From NCBI GenBank assembly GCA_038127595.1, contig JAYPIC010000004.1, positions 1-51,916 on the forward strand: a stretch of 51,916 nt of DNA, in the 5' to 3' direction. A model generated the notes under the pieces. The model did no database searches. It saw only the letters and a program-made list of their open reading frames with translations, and was not told the origin of the DNA. The DNA comes from a bacterium. Its GTDB lineage: Bacteria > Fidelibacterota > Marinisomatia > Marinisomatales > UBA1611. Within the stretch, counting starts at the first letter, position 1, and each line of letters starts with the position of its first letter. The translations under genes and the position numbers were made by a program. Shown piece after piece: positions 37,981-47,073 of the stretch.

Positions 37981-38991
37981 TTATTTATTTGGTAGAAAAG
38001 CCAGCAGGGTGTGTGGTTTAGGGTACTTATCCGTAGCTACAAGAAAACCTTCATTTCCATATCTAGCTAAAGCTTCCCATTTTCTAGATGTTTTTTCACC
38101 TTCAAGTTCAATCTCTATGGGCACTGATTTTGTCAATGACACTTTTCCGTTTTTAATTTCGTACTCAATCAATCTTTCAACCCTACTTGAATTACTGTGA
38201 GATGGACCATTCCCGTATTTTGATGCTAGAATATCATGACTAGGTTTAAGGACTTTACGGTCACCTGGGAAGAAATAATTTATGACCCAGAATCTATTAT
38301 TTTTATCAATTCTAGTCGCATCTGCCATTCTATAATTAATTGATGAAAATGGATATTTAATTATATCATTTCCTGATGAATTTATAGATAAAGCATATGG
38401 ATCTTTTATTAAGCTATCTCCATTGGCTTCAAAAATAGCAATAACCCTATCTTTATCTATAACTAGCGATTCATAAGACATATTATCAACATATGTTGGA
38501 ACATCGATAACAGTTAAATTTTGTTCGGGTACTGTTATCTCCAATGTTTTTTCGTCAATATGCCCCCGAGCTAAAAGACAGCTCATGCTATCTGCGAATC
38601 TTATTTCAATTGTCAAATAAACTTCATATCCTCTAAAAGCAATAGCCTCAAATGAATCAAATCCTGGGACTAATTCGCTATAATTTGGTGTGTTAAATTT
38701 TATTTGCTTGGGAAAGATAGTTGTAGTGTCATTGCCATTTATACGTGAATCTAGTTCTGACTTTTTTATTGCGAAAACATAACCATTCAGGTTTTCAGGA
38801 AGCAATATGAGATTATCATTATACCAATCCATCCCTGAGATTTCTTCATCACTATTTTTTATCAGCCCACCAATTTTAAGTAATTTAGGAGTTCTTTCAA
38901 TAGTCTGTTCTGTTGAGCAGGAAAACATCAGAAAAATCAAAAGCACAAAGTATATTTTCATTTTAATCATCTTTATTTTATCATTTTGCAT
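37981..38991 (-). CDS. Hypothetical lipoprotein, probable beta-propeller (SdiA-regulated/esterase-like phytase type)
   Basis: Lipobox MFSC; blade-like motifs EISGMDW, FEAIAF, YESLV, WEALA; the start may be at 38970 or 38961. Confidence 0.55.
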   Translation of the reverse strand: MQNDKIKMIKMKIYFVLLIFLMFSCSTEQTIERTPKLLKIGGLIKNSDEEISGMDWYNDNLILLPENLNGYVFAIKKSELDSRINGNDTTTIFPKQIKFNTPNYSELVPGFDSFEAIAFRGYEVYLTIEIRFADSMSCLLARGHIDEKTLEITVPEQNLTVIDVPTYVDNMSYESLVIDKDRVIAIFEANGDSLIKDPYALSINSSGNDIIKYPFSSINYRMADATRIDKNNRFWVINYFFPGDRKVLKPSHDILASKYGNGPSHSNSSRVERLIEYEIKNGKVSLTKSVPIEIELEGEKTSRKWEALARYGNEGFLVATDKYPKPHTLLAFLPNK

Positions 38992-39317
38992 TAGTTATCT
39001 TCTTGATTTTCGCATAAAGCACGTAAAAATTCAAAAGAATAAATACCAGCATGATGGCCATCTTGCCAAAAAGGTCTTAAAGCATAATATCCTACGGGTT
39101 GTAATCCTTTTAAAAGAAAACTTTCTTCTGAATCTGCTTTTATATCGCCCTTATAGACATTACCAAAAACATCCTTTTCTCCCTCGCAATTAGCACAAGG
39201 ACATTTTTTTCTTAGTATCTTAAGCGGGATATAACTTTCAAATCCATCTTCCCACTTAAATATTAACATGTCATTAACTTGTTCATAATCAATTAAATTG
39301 GTTTTGTGCTGGCTCAT
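38991..39317 (-). CDS. DUF971 / GBBH-like N-terminal domain protein
   Basis: W.DG.ES, LRKKCPCANC, VGYYAL...W.DGH..GIYSFEFL. Confidence 0.9.
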   Translation of the reverse strand: MSQHKTNLIDYEQVNDMLIFKWEDGFESYIPLKILRKKCPCANCEGEKDVFGNVYKGDIKADSEESFLLKGLQPVGYYALRPFWQDGHHAGIYSFEFLRALCENQEDN

Positions 39318-39326
39318 GCTCTAACT

Positions 39327-40247
39327 TTATTTGAGATAGGTTATCTTTTGAGTTTCTGAACCATTTTTGTGATAAATATTAATAAAATAAATACCGCTTG
39401 GAATTTTGTGATCGGAGAACATTAGAGAATGGTTTCCGGGATGAAAATATTGATCTGATAGAACGTTAATTATTTTACCATTTAAATCTATAATTGAAAT
39501 TTTAACATTCTGTCCTTCTACTAATGAGAATGGAATTCTTATTTGTGGATTAAAAGGGTTCGGGTATGCACTATGAAATGTTAATGATTGAGGAATTAAA
39601 TTAGGTTTTTCATTAACTTTTAAGTTCTCAATTACAACCGGTGAAAAACTAAAATTTCCATTATTAATATTTGTAAAAGAAAATAATGGTTTCCACATGG
39701 TCAAATTGAAATTTCCAATTGCTGTCCCATTCGTTATAGTATTTATTTCAATGTACCCTTGGGTTGCTATGTAAGAATCACTTAGCAAATTCTCAACAAA
39801 AAATGAAGATAATGAATCTAAAGACAAAGAGTCACTGATTGTGGAAGTGTCTGAAAAAAAGGTTAACCATTGATTTGTAAAATTAGAATCAATACCTGGG
39901 ATGAAAACAGAAAGTGTAGATAAGTTTAATGGATCCTCAATCAGATCAGCAATATCTGCTATACTTATATCCCATGACCAAATTCTAGGCTGTATGGGGT
40001 ATGTTGAATCTTGTAAAATTGTTAAAAATAGGTCAAAAACATTTTCATCTCTGGGAGCGATACCCATCATTAAAAAAGAGGATGAATCGTTAAGAGTTAA
40101 ATTTAGAGCACCCCCAAAGCTTGTTGTGTCTTCAATTGACGATGAAAATGAACCTGTTTCTGATCCGCTGTAAGAAAAGTCTAGAGACCCTTGATAAAGC
40201 GTCTGAGATAATAAAACACTGGTAAACAAAGAAATGAAAAATTTCAT
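39327..40247 (-). CDS. Secreted protein with T9SS type-A-like C-terminal sorting domain
   Basis: Signal peptide; AYPNPFNP...IIDLNGK...PSGIYF...TQKITYLK. Confidence 0.85.
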   Translation of the reverse strand: MKFFISLFTSVLLSQTLYQGSLDFSYSGSETGSFSSSIEDTTSFGGALNLTLNDSSSFLMMGIAPRDENVFDLFLTILQDSTYPIQPRIWSWDISIADIADLIEDPLNLSTLSVFIPGIDSNFTNQWLTFFSDTSTISDSLSLDSLSSFFVENLLSDSYIATQGYIEINTITNGTAIGNFNLTMWKPLFSFTNINNGNFSFSPVVIENLKVNEKPNLIPQSLTFHSAYPNPFNPQIRIPFSLVEGQNVKISIIDLNGKIINVLSDQYFHPGNHSLMFSDHKIPSGIYFINIYHKNGSETQKITYLK

Positions 40248-40261
40248 TTCAGATGATTTAA

Positions 40262-41119
40262 TTAATCATTTCTCTTTAGCGAGAGTAAAACCGAGGCGCC
40301 AATATTTCCAAATCCAGTTAAAGCATCTGCAGGAGAGGGGATCATATAGCCGTTACCAAATAACCTAACTCCAAGTGGAGAGTCCTCAAACCAATAGTCT
40401 AACGTTCCACCTACAACTACACCTAAACCACCATCATAATTTTCATCCCATCCTAATGAATATGTAATTCCTGTTTCTATACTAGGATGAACATTATCCC
40501 CCAAGAAGTTTAGTATAGGTTGTAAATCTGTTTTTATTAGGCCACCTATTGTTATCGATTTAATTTTTTTAGAATCATTAGTGTTACCAAATTCTTTATC
40601 AAATCCAAAAGTAATTAATCTGCCTCCTAAAGACATATTTACAGGACCAATAGGGAAATAAGGCAATGAGAAATCAAATCCTAAATTTGGAAGTGAGCTA
40701 GGATTTTTATCGTTTTCTAATAACAGGCTTGGTCTGAAGTACACAGGCATGCCATAAAAAGTAGAAACTGAAAAATAATTTAGATTACCTAGATCATAAT
40801 CTTCATATTCTTCAGCTTTAGATGATGAATATTCTTTTTTTTCATCATCTCTTTCAATTATTGAAAATTTTCCATCGAGATATGTTTGTTGTGCAATGCC
40901 ATCCTCAATCATTATGATTCCGTTATCCAGTTTAAAATTATTTATGTCAACAACAGGTATTTTTTCTGGCATTACTAAGCCTTCAGGGGTTATAAAAACA
41001 TGTCTTACATCAGATGAGGATAGCTCACCATCGAGAGTAGTGCCATCATAAAAAGTAATAGTCCCATTAATTGAATATGTAAAATTAATTATTAAGACAA
41101 ATAAAAATATTTTTTTCAT
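40262..41119 (-). CDS. Hypothetical exported protein with C-terminal beta-barrel-like domain
   Basis: GAGG RBS, signal peptide; C-terminal GLGVVVGGTLDYWF...TGFGNIGASV similar to the repeats in 35265-37193. Confidence 0.6.
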   Translation of the reverse strand: MKKIFLFVLIINFTYSINGTITFYDGTTLDGELSSSDVRHVFITPEGLVMPEKIPVVDINNFKLDNGIIMIEDGIAQQTYLDGKFSIIERDDEKKEYSSSKAEEYEDYDLGNLNYFSVSTFYGMPVYFRPSLLLENDKNPSSLPNLGFDFSLPYFPIGPVNMSLGGRLITFGFDKEFGNTNDSKKIKSITIGGLIKTDLQPILNFLGDNVHPSIETGITYSLGWDENYDGGLGVVVGGTLDYWFEDSPLGVRLFGNGYMIPSPADALTGFGNIGASVLLSLKRND

Positions 41120-41149
41120 AACTACCTCAATTTAGTTTGTTTAATTATG

Positions 41150-41223
<74 letters not shown>

Positions 41224-41310
41224 AAAACTAAAGGAACAGAAATTATGTATTTGAGAGTAATTTCTGAACTATTATAATTGTTTAATTTAAACTTACTTTA
41301 ATTACAAAAT

Positions 41311-42081
41311 ATGGGTAAAAACAAAGTGCATACTAAAAATATTAAAAAAGATAATATTTTTCAAGTGCATGGCTATAATAATTGTCTCTCTCTGCTAAAA
41401 AAAAGTCAATATGAAATTATTAGGATAGATATATTAGATCAGAAAAAAGATTATTTTGCTAGCACGGTAGATTTTCAAAAATATTCTCATTGCCTTCGTT
41501 TGCTAAATAAAAATGATTTTTATAATAAACATGAAAGCATTAGATCTCAAGGCATTGTAGTTCAATTTAAGGGTCCAATTATCAAAGAGATAAGAAATTA
41601 TAAGGCCGTAAACTCAAATTCATGTCTTTTAATTCTAGATAATATAGAAGATCCTCAAAATGTTGGTCAAATTATAAGAACAGCTGAATGTGCTGGAATA
41701 AATGGGATAGTATTTCCATCTCATAATTCATTTAGAGTGTCAAACACAATTATTAATGTCAGTCAGGGCGCGTTTGTTAATATGCCTCTTTATGAAGTGA
41801 CAAATATATCAGACACAATTTTAGATCTGAAAAAGAATGATCATTGGGTTATTGGAATTGAAAATAGTATAGAAGCTAAGTTATGGTCTCAATTAGACTA
41901 CACTGGTCATATCGCTATTGTTGTTGGCAGTGAAGGTAAAGGTATTCGTAAAAAAGTAATTGGACACTGTGATTTTTTAGGTAATATACCTATGCAAGGC
42001 GACATTAATTCATTAAATGTTTCAGCTGCTGTTTCAGCAATACTTTTTGAACGTCTTAGGCAAATTAAATTTAAAGGATGA
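41311..42081 (+). CDS. rlmB: 23S rRNA (Gm2251) 2'-O-methyltransferase, SPOUT/TrmH family
   Basis: QGIV, LDNIEDPQNVGQIIRTAE, VGSEGKG, IPMQG.INSLNVS. Confidence 0.88.
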   Translation: MGKNKVHTKNIKKDNIFQVHGYNNCLSLLKKSQYEIIRIDILDQKKDYFASTVDFQKYSHCLRLLNKNDFYNKHESIRSQGIVVQFKGPIIKEIRNYKAVNSNSCLLILDNIEDPQNVGQIIRTAECAGINGIVFPSHNSFRVSNTIINVSQGAFVNMPLYEVTNISDTILDLKKNDHWVIGIENSIEAKLWSQLDYTGHIAIVVGSEGKGIRKKVIGHCDFLGNIPMQGDINSLNVSAAVSAILFERLRQIKFKG

Positions 42082-42090
42082 GGAATTCTT

Positions 42091-42984
42091 ATGGCTTCTA
42101 CTCATGATTACATAGCTGATAAACGTAACAAAGATATTTTGATATACATTAATGGGGAATTTTTTCATCGATCAGATGCAAAAGTTTCAGTGTTTGATAG
42201 TGGCTTTCTTTTAGGAGATGGAGTTTGGGAAGGAATTAGGCTTCACAAAAATAGTCTCATTCATTTTGATCAACACATCAATCGCTTGTATGCTGGTGCA
42301 GATGCAATAGCAATGAAAATTCAATTAAATAAAAATGAACTAAAAGATGCTGTTAGGCTAACATTAGAAAAGAATGCAATGCATTCCGATACTCATATCA
42401 GATTAATTGTATCCAGGGGTATAAAAAGTACTCCTTATCAGCATCCAAAAGTCACAATCGGAGATCCTACTATTGTAATCATTCCAGAATATAAAAAGCC
42501 AAATAGTGAGGTTTTTGATATTGGTATACGGTTAGCTTCAGTAAAAACAAAAAGAGATAACATGGTACAAGATCCTAAAATTAATTCATTGAGTAAAATG
42601 AATTGTATTAGTGCATGTATTGAGGCAGACAGATTAGGTGTGGATGAAGGATTAATGTTTGATCCAAATGGTTTTGTTTCTACGTGTAACTCAACAAATT
42701 TTTTCATCGTAAAAAAAGATGAGGTATGGACTTCAACAGGAGAATTTTGTTTAAATGGCGTAACCAGAGGATCTGTAATCAAGCTTTGTAAGAATAATAA
42801 TATTATAGTATTTGAAAAAGATTTTTCAATAGATGATGTGTATATTGCTGATGAAGCATTTGTGACAGGTACTTTTTCAGGAATAATACCTGTCGTTGAA
42901 ATTGATGGGCACAAATTTAATATAGGCCCTTTAACAAAAAGGTTATCTGCTATTTATAAAGATGATATTGAAAACTTATCATAA
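42091..42984 (+). CDS. Class IV PLP-dependent aminotransferase-like protein (BCAT/DAAT fold)
   Basis: VSVFDSGFLLGDGVWEGIR, H..RL, IRLIVSRG, LNGVTR, ADEAFVTGT. Confidence 0.88.
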   Translation: MASTHDYIADKRNKDILIYINGEFFHRSDAKVSVFDSGFLLGDGVWEGIRLHKNSLIHFDQHINRLYAGADAIAMKIQLNKNELKDAVRLTLEKNAMHSDTHIRLIVSRGIKSTPYQHPKVTIGDPTIVIIPEYKKPNSEVFDIGIRLASVKTKRDNMVQDPKINSLSKMNCISACIEADRLGVDEGLMFDPNGFVSTCNSTNFFIVKKDEVWTSTGEFCLNGVTRGSVIKLCKNNNIIVFEKDFSIDDVYIADEAFVTGTFSGIIPVVEIDGHKFNIGPLTKRLSAIYKDDIENLS

Positions 42985-42986
42985 AT

Positions 42987-43721
42987 ATGAATGATAGAAA
43001 TATTACAAGAATAGCAATGTGGTCTGGTCCTAGAAATATTTCTACAGCTATGATGAGATCTTTTGAAAACCGAGAAGATACATTAGTGATTGATGAGCCC
43101 TTTTATGCCTATTATTTAAACAAAACTGGTTTAAATCATCCCCTTAGAGAAAAAGTACTAGCATCTCAAAGTATAAATTGGGATGAAATTGTCTCCCAAT
43201 TAAATGGAGAGATACCAAAAGGAAAGACAATTTTTTATCAAAAACATATGGTCCATCATATTTTGTCTTTTGATAAAATTGGATGGGTAAAAAATTTTAA
43301 AAATTGTTTGCTAATTAGAAATCCTAAACAAGTCATAGTTAGCTATTCTAAGAAAAGTAAGATTAATAGCATTAACGATTTAGGATTTGTTCAGCAAGTT
43401 GAGTTATTTGAGCAAATAAAAAATCTAACTGGATCGTACCCTGCTGTGATTGACTCAAAAGACATTTTATTGGATCCTAAATTATATTTATCAAAATTGT
43501 GTAATTATTTTGATATTAGCTTTTTAGAAGAAATGTTAAGCTGGCCAATTGGTCAGAGGACGAGTGATGGAATATGGGGTAGTCATTGGTATAAGAATGT
43601 TATTAATTCAAATGGTTTTATACCATACAAAGAACCAGAGGAGAGCATTCATCAAAATGATATGCAGTTCTATCAAGATTCAATCGAACATTATAATTAC
43701 TTAAGCTCCTATAAATTATAA
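42987..43721 (+). CDS. Sulfotransferase-like P-loop protein (family resembling the N-terminal domain of plant BCAT-like proteins)
   Basis: WSGPRNISTAMMRSF, DEPFYA.YL, YQKHM.HH, LIRNP, ML.W..G....DG.W...WY. Confidence 0.82.
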   Translation: MNDRNITRIAMWSGPRNISTAMMRSFENREDTLVIDEPFYAYYLNKTGLNHPLREKVLASQSINWDEIVSQLNGEIPKGKTIFYQKHMVHHILSFDKIGWVKNFKNCLLIRNPKQVIVSYSKKSKINSINDLGFVQQVELFEQIKNLTGSYPAVIDSKDILLDPKLYLSKLCNYFDISFLEEMLSWPIGQRTSDGIWGSHWYKNVINSNGFIPYKEPEESIHQNDMQFYQDSIEHYNYLSSYKL

Positions 43722-43816
43722 ATGAACTCATTTAGTTTTTTATTTATTCGTGCTAACTTAAGTATTGAAATCATTATGTAATTTCGATGCTAAAATAGTT
43801 CTCAGGGATTAAGACC

Positions 43817-44350
43817 ATCAAAAAAATATTATTTGTTAGTGCTTTATTAGTCATTTTTACTTCATGCGCTTCTATTTTCAATAAAAAGAATGTGGAGTAT
43901 AAGCCTGTACAGTATGCCAAAAATGATTACAGAGTATTAAAAAAAGAAAATCGTTATACTGGTACTTTTATGATTCGTCAAAAATCAAATGGTTTTTTCA
44001 TTCCTGATGAAAAAATCTCTGTTGATATGGACATTGTCATTTCTTCTTTAAAGGTACCTTATTTAAGGGTTTCATATTATGGTACTGAGCAGCTTTCTAT
44101 ACCTGATGGTCAAACTCTATCATTTATATTAGATGACGAAGAGATAAAACTTAGCTCAAAAAGAGAATCAAATAGATTAAAAAAAGGTAATGAAGCCGTA
44201 GAGGTATTATCATATTTAGTGACTAGAGGACAAATGAAAAAAATATCAAACGGTCGTAGGCTAAAATGCACTTTACACAATTATACATTCCCAGTACCAA
44301 ATCAAATGAAACAGAATTGGGATAGTTTTATTGATGAATATTGGCAGTAA
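43817..44350 (+). CDS. Hypothetical lipoprotein with apparent non-AUG (ATC) start
   Basis: The frame upstream of the tracked GTG (43892) encodes IKKILFVSALLVIFTSC (lipobox); AGGGA at 43804-43808 lies 8 nt before ATC 43817; in-frame TAG at 43796. Confidence 0.65.
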   Translation: MKKILFVSALLVIFTSCASIFNKKNVEYKPVQYAKNDYRVLKKENRYTGTFMIRQKSNGFFIPDEKISVDMDIVISSLKVPYLRVSYYGTEQLSIPDGQTLSFILDDEEIKLSSKRESNRLKKGNEAVEVLSYLVTRGQMKKISNGRRLKCTLHNYTFPVPNQMKQNWDSFIDEYWQ

Positions 44351-45502
44351 TTAATTTTTTATCGGTTTTAGTCTTATAACTCTCCCAGGGTCCTCGATCG
44401 CTACATAAATAAATCCATCTGGCCCAGTCTCAACATCTCTCACTCTACTTCCTGTATTAAGAATTAATTCTTGTTTGACCACTTTTCTATTTTCTATTTC
44501 AAGTCTATATAAATTTTCGAATTTGAGTGATGTTACAAACAAATTATTTTGCCAGTTGGTAAAAATTTTATTGTCATAAAAATCTATTCCGCAGACAGCA
44601 ATGGAAGGCGTCCAGTGAGTTATCGGTTGCTCCATTCCTTCTTTATGCGTGTATTTTGTAATTTTAGTACCGATGTAGTTAATCCCATAAGTGATTTCTG
44701 GCCAGCCATAATTCTTACCTTTTTCTATTACATTAAGTTCGTCACCACCTCTAGGTCCATGCTCTGCTGAAAAAATACTATATGTTTTTTTATCTATTAC
44801 TAGACCTTGAGGATTTCTATTGCCATAAGTCCAAATTGATTTTTGAGCATCTGGCTTATTAACAAATGGATTATCCTCTGGGATTGACCCATCATCATTT
44901 AATCTATGAATCTTTCCATTAGGAGTAGTTAATAGTTGTGCTTGGTTTCTATTACCTCTATCTCCAATTGAGAAATACAAATAATTATTATTATCAAAGA
45001 CCAATCTTGAGCCGTAATGCACATTACTTTTTGTATAAAATTTATCATCTGCTTTATAGATGGTTTGAACGTTAAGCAATTTATTGTTTTTTAGTTCAGC
45101 CCGTACGATTGAGGTGAATGATTTATTTTTATCTTTAGGTAAAAAATCTGAAAAACAAATATATACAAGATTATTATCTATGAAATTTGGATGGATTTGA
45201 ACATCAAGTAACCCACCCTGGCCTTTGTATTTTACTTTAGGAACTCCTGAAATTTTCTTTTTACTTTTCCCATTTTTTTTTATTTGCCACAAGGTGCCAT
45301 TGCGGTCACTTACTAAAAGATCTTTATTAGGGAGAAAGCACATTCCCCATGGTATTTCAAAACCATCAATAAAGTTTTCAACAATAAAAGATTCTTTATC
45401 TGTTTTTTCTACCGAAGTATCCCAGCCGTAAGACTCATCAGCTTTTGTACTACATGAAAAAAGAAATAATAATATTGGTATGAGCATAATATTATTAATC
45501 AA
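44351..45502 (-). CDS. PQQ-dependent aldose sugar dehydrogenase (GSDH/YliI family) lipoprotein
   Basis: Lipobox LFSC; PWGM.F, GQGGLLDV..HP.F, HYGSRL, GDRG, GNRNPQG, EHGPRGGDELN, NYGWP, RVRDV..GPDG. Confidence 0.92.
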   Translation of the reverse strand: MINNIMLIPILLFLFSCSTKADESYGWDTSVEKTDKESFIVENFIDGFEIPWGMCFLPNKDLLVSDRNGTLWQIKKNGKSKKKISGVPKVKYKGQGGLLDVQIHPNFIDNNLVYICFSDFLPKDKNKSFTSIVRAELKNNKLLNVQTIYKADDKFYTKSNVHYGSRLVFDNNNYLYFSIGDRGNRNQAQLLTTPNGKIHRLNDDGSIPEDNPFVNKPDAQKSIWTYGNRNPQGLVIDKKTYSIFSAEHGPRGGDELNVIEKGKNYGWPEITYGINYIGTKITKYTHKEGMEQPITHWTPSIAVCGIDFYDNKIFTNWQNNLFVTSLKFENLYRLEIENRKVVKQELILNTGSRVRDVETGPDGFIYVAIEDPGRVIRLKPIKN

Positions 45503-46298
45503 TTAGTGATCCGCAATTAAAACAGAATTTAGAATTAACATCTAATTCATCCGTATCACAAACAGTACAAGAAATAGTGTCTTCTTGATTCTTTTTAGCT
45601 GATGATAACTCAGAGGTTATAATACCAGTTGGCACAGCTAGCATACTATAACCAATTAACATTATAAAGGATGAAACTACCTGCCCAAAGGGTGTTGTTG
45701 GAACAATGTCACCATACCCAACAGTTGTCAATGTTACAATTGCCCAATATATACTTATTGGTATGTTAGTGTATCCAGATTTTTCTCCTTCAATTAGGTA
45801 CATTAAAGATCCTAAAACGATAACAATATTTAATACCGCAAAAAAGAATATAAAAATTTTCCTTTTACTTGCGACTAATGCAACTATCAAAAGATTAGCT
45901 TCACCTATATATTTAACTAATTTTAATATTCTAAATATTCTTAGTACCCTTAAAATTCTAATTACAGACAAAACTTGGGTGCCTGGGAAAAATAAACTTA
46001 GATAAGTAGGCAAAATTGAAAGAAAATCTATAATACCATAGAAACTAAAAATATAACTTAATGGCCTTCTTATACAAATCGCTCTTAATATATATTCTAT
46101 TGAAAATAAAATTGTGAATACCCATTCAGCAATGTAAAGGTAGTTACCATAGTTTTCATTATATTCTGAAACACTGTCTAGAAGTACTGTTACTATACTT
46201 AATATGATGGCAACAATTAATACTTCATCAAATAGTTTCCCAGTTTGAGTATCTGTGCCAAAAATAATTGATTTTATTTTTTTTCTCATCTTGAACAC
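45495..46298 (-). CDS. Voltage-gated-type (6TM) potassium channel with C-terminal zinc-ribbon
   Basis: S4 helix IRILRVLRIFRILKL, filter TTVGYGD, CTVC...CFNCG; the start may be ATG 46289. Confidence 0.93.
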   Translation of the reverse strand: MFKMRKKIKSIIFGTDTQTGKLFDEVLIVAIILSIVTVLLDSVSEYNENYGNYLYIAEWVFTILFSIEYILRAICIRRPLSYIFSFYGIIDFLSILPTYLSLFFPGTQVLSVIRILRVLRIFRILKLVKYIGEANLLIVALVASKRKIFIFFFAVLNIVIVLGSLMYLIEGEKSGYTNIPISIYWAIVTLTTVGYGDIVPTTPFGQVVSSFIMLIGYSMLAVPTGIITSELSSAKKNQEDTISCTVCDTDELDVNSKFCFNCGSLID

Positions 46299-46348
46299 TT
46301 TGTTTCGGTATCAAACTTAATATTTTTTAATTAAATAAGTGAATTTGT

Positions 46349-46383
46349 AAGATAATTAATCTTTTTTATAATTAATCTTTTTT
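46349..46383. repeat. Perfect 16-bp tandem duplication overlapping an AAGAT-N5-ATCTT inverted repeat in a divergent promoter region
   Basis: ATAATTAATCTTTTTT at 46352-46367 and 46368-46383; AAGATAATTAATCTT at 46349-46363. Confidence 0.7.
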
Positions 46384-46495
46384 CATTTAGCTATTGGTTT
46401 GGCGAATATGTTATGTGTATCAGAGCATTTGCGTAAATAGTTATATTTTAGTACACAATTATATATATTTATAAATGAACTAAAAGGTAATTATA

Positions 46496-46975
46496 ATGGC
46501 AACTTTGATTTTAAGGAAAACATACAGTGCAATGATGGAAGAAATGGAAGCTTTAGATAAGCGGAAGAGAGAGACATCAGAAAAAATTAGAGAGGCAGCT
46601 AGTCATGGTGATCTAAAAGAAAATGGCGAGTATCATGCGGCTAGAGAAGAGCAGAGTTTAATCATATATAAAAAACAGCTTATGCAATCTCATTCTCCAT
46701 TTCAAATAATTGAAGATGTAGATGTAGATACGAAAGAAGTGGGCTTTGGGAATAAAGTATTGATCTTGGAAGATGGTAAAGATAAAGCTGAAGATTATTA
46801 TCTTCTTGGGCCAATTGAACTTGATTTAGATTTGTACCCATTAGTTGTAACTTATCATTCTCCATTTGGACAAGCTTTGATTGGTAAGAAAGTAAATGAA
46901 GATTTCACACTAGATATTCGTGGCAAAGAAATTAAGTTTACTGTTACTGCAATAGAGAAAATAGCCTCAGAATAG
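46496..46975 (+). CDS. greA: Transcription elongation factor GreA/GreB family
   Basis: AASHGDLKENGEYHAAREEQ with both catalytic acidic residues; V.FG..V; SPFGQALIGK. Confidence 0.88.
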   Translation: MATLILRKTYSAMMEEMEALDKRKRETSEKIREAASHGDLKENGEYHAAREEQSLIIYKKQLMQSHSPFQIIEDVDVDTKEVGFGNKVLILEDGKDKAEDYYLLGPIELDLDLYPLVVTYHSPFGQALIGKKVNEDFTLDIRGKEIKFTVTAIEKIASE

Positions 46976-46998
46976 ATTCATTTTTTTAAATATAAATG

Positions 46999-47058
46999 TA
47001 GAGGGAGGAATCATCTCTCCATTGTATTGAGTAGGTTCAATGAGCCATCTTCCCTCTA
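46999..47058. terminator. Long GC-rich hairpin between convergent genes; probable bidirectional terminator or structured RNA
   Basis: TAGAGGGAGGA (46999-47009) pairs with TCTTCCCTCTA (47048-47058) with one G-U; inner CATTG/CAATG stem. Confidence 0.45.
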
Positions 47059-47073
47059 TTTAAAATTATATTA

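Noticed and set aside
46994-47062. Fluoride riboswitch, hammerhead ribozyme or attC site
   Set aside because: It sits at the 3' ends of two convergent genes and lacks the CUGAUGA/GAAA core, the attC RYYYAAC/GTTRRRY ends and the full fluoride-riboswitch consensus.
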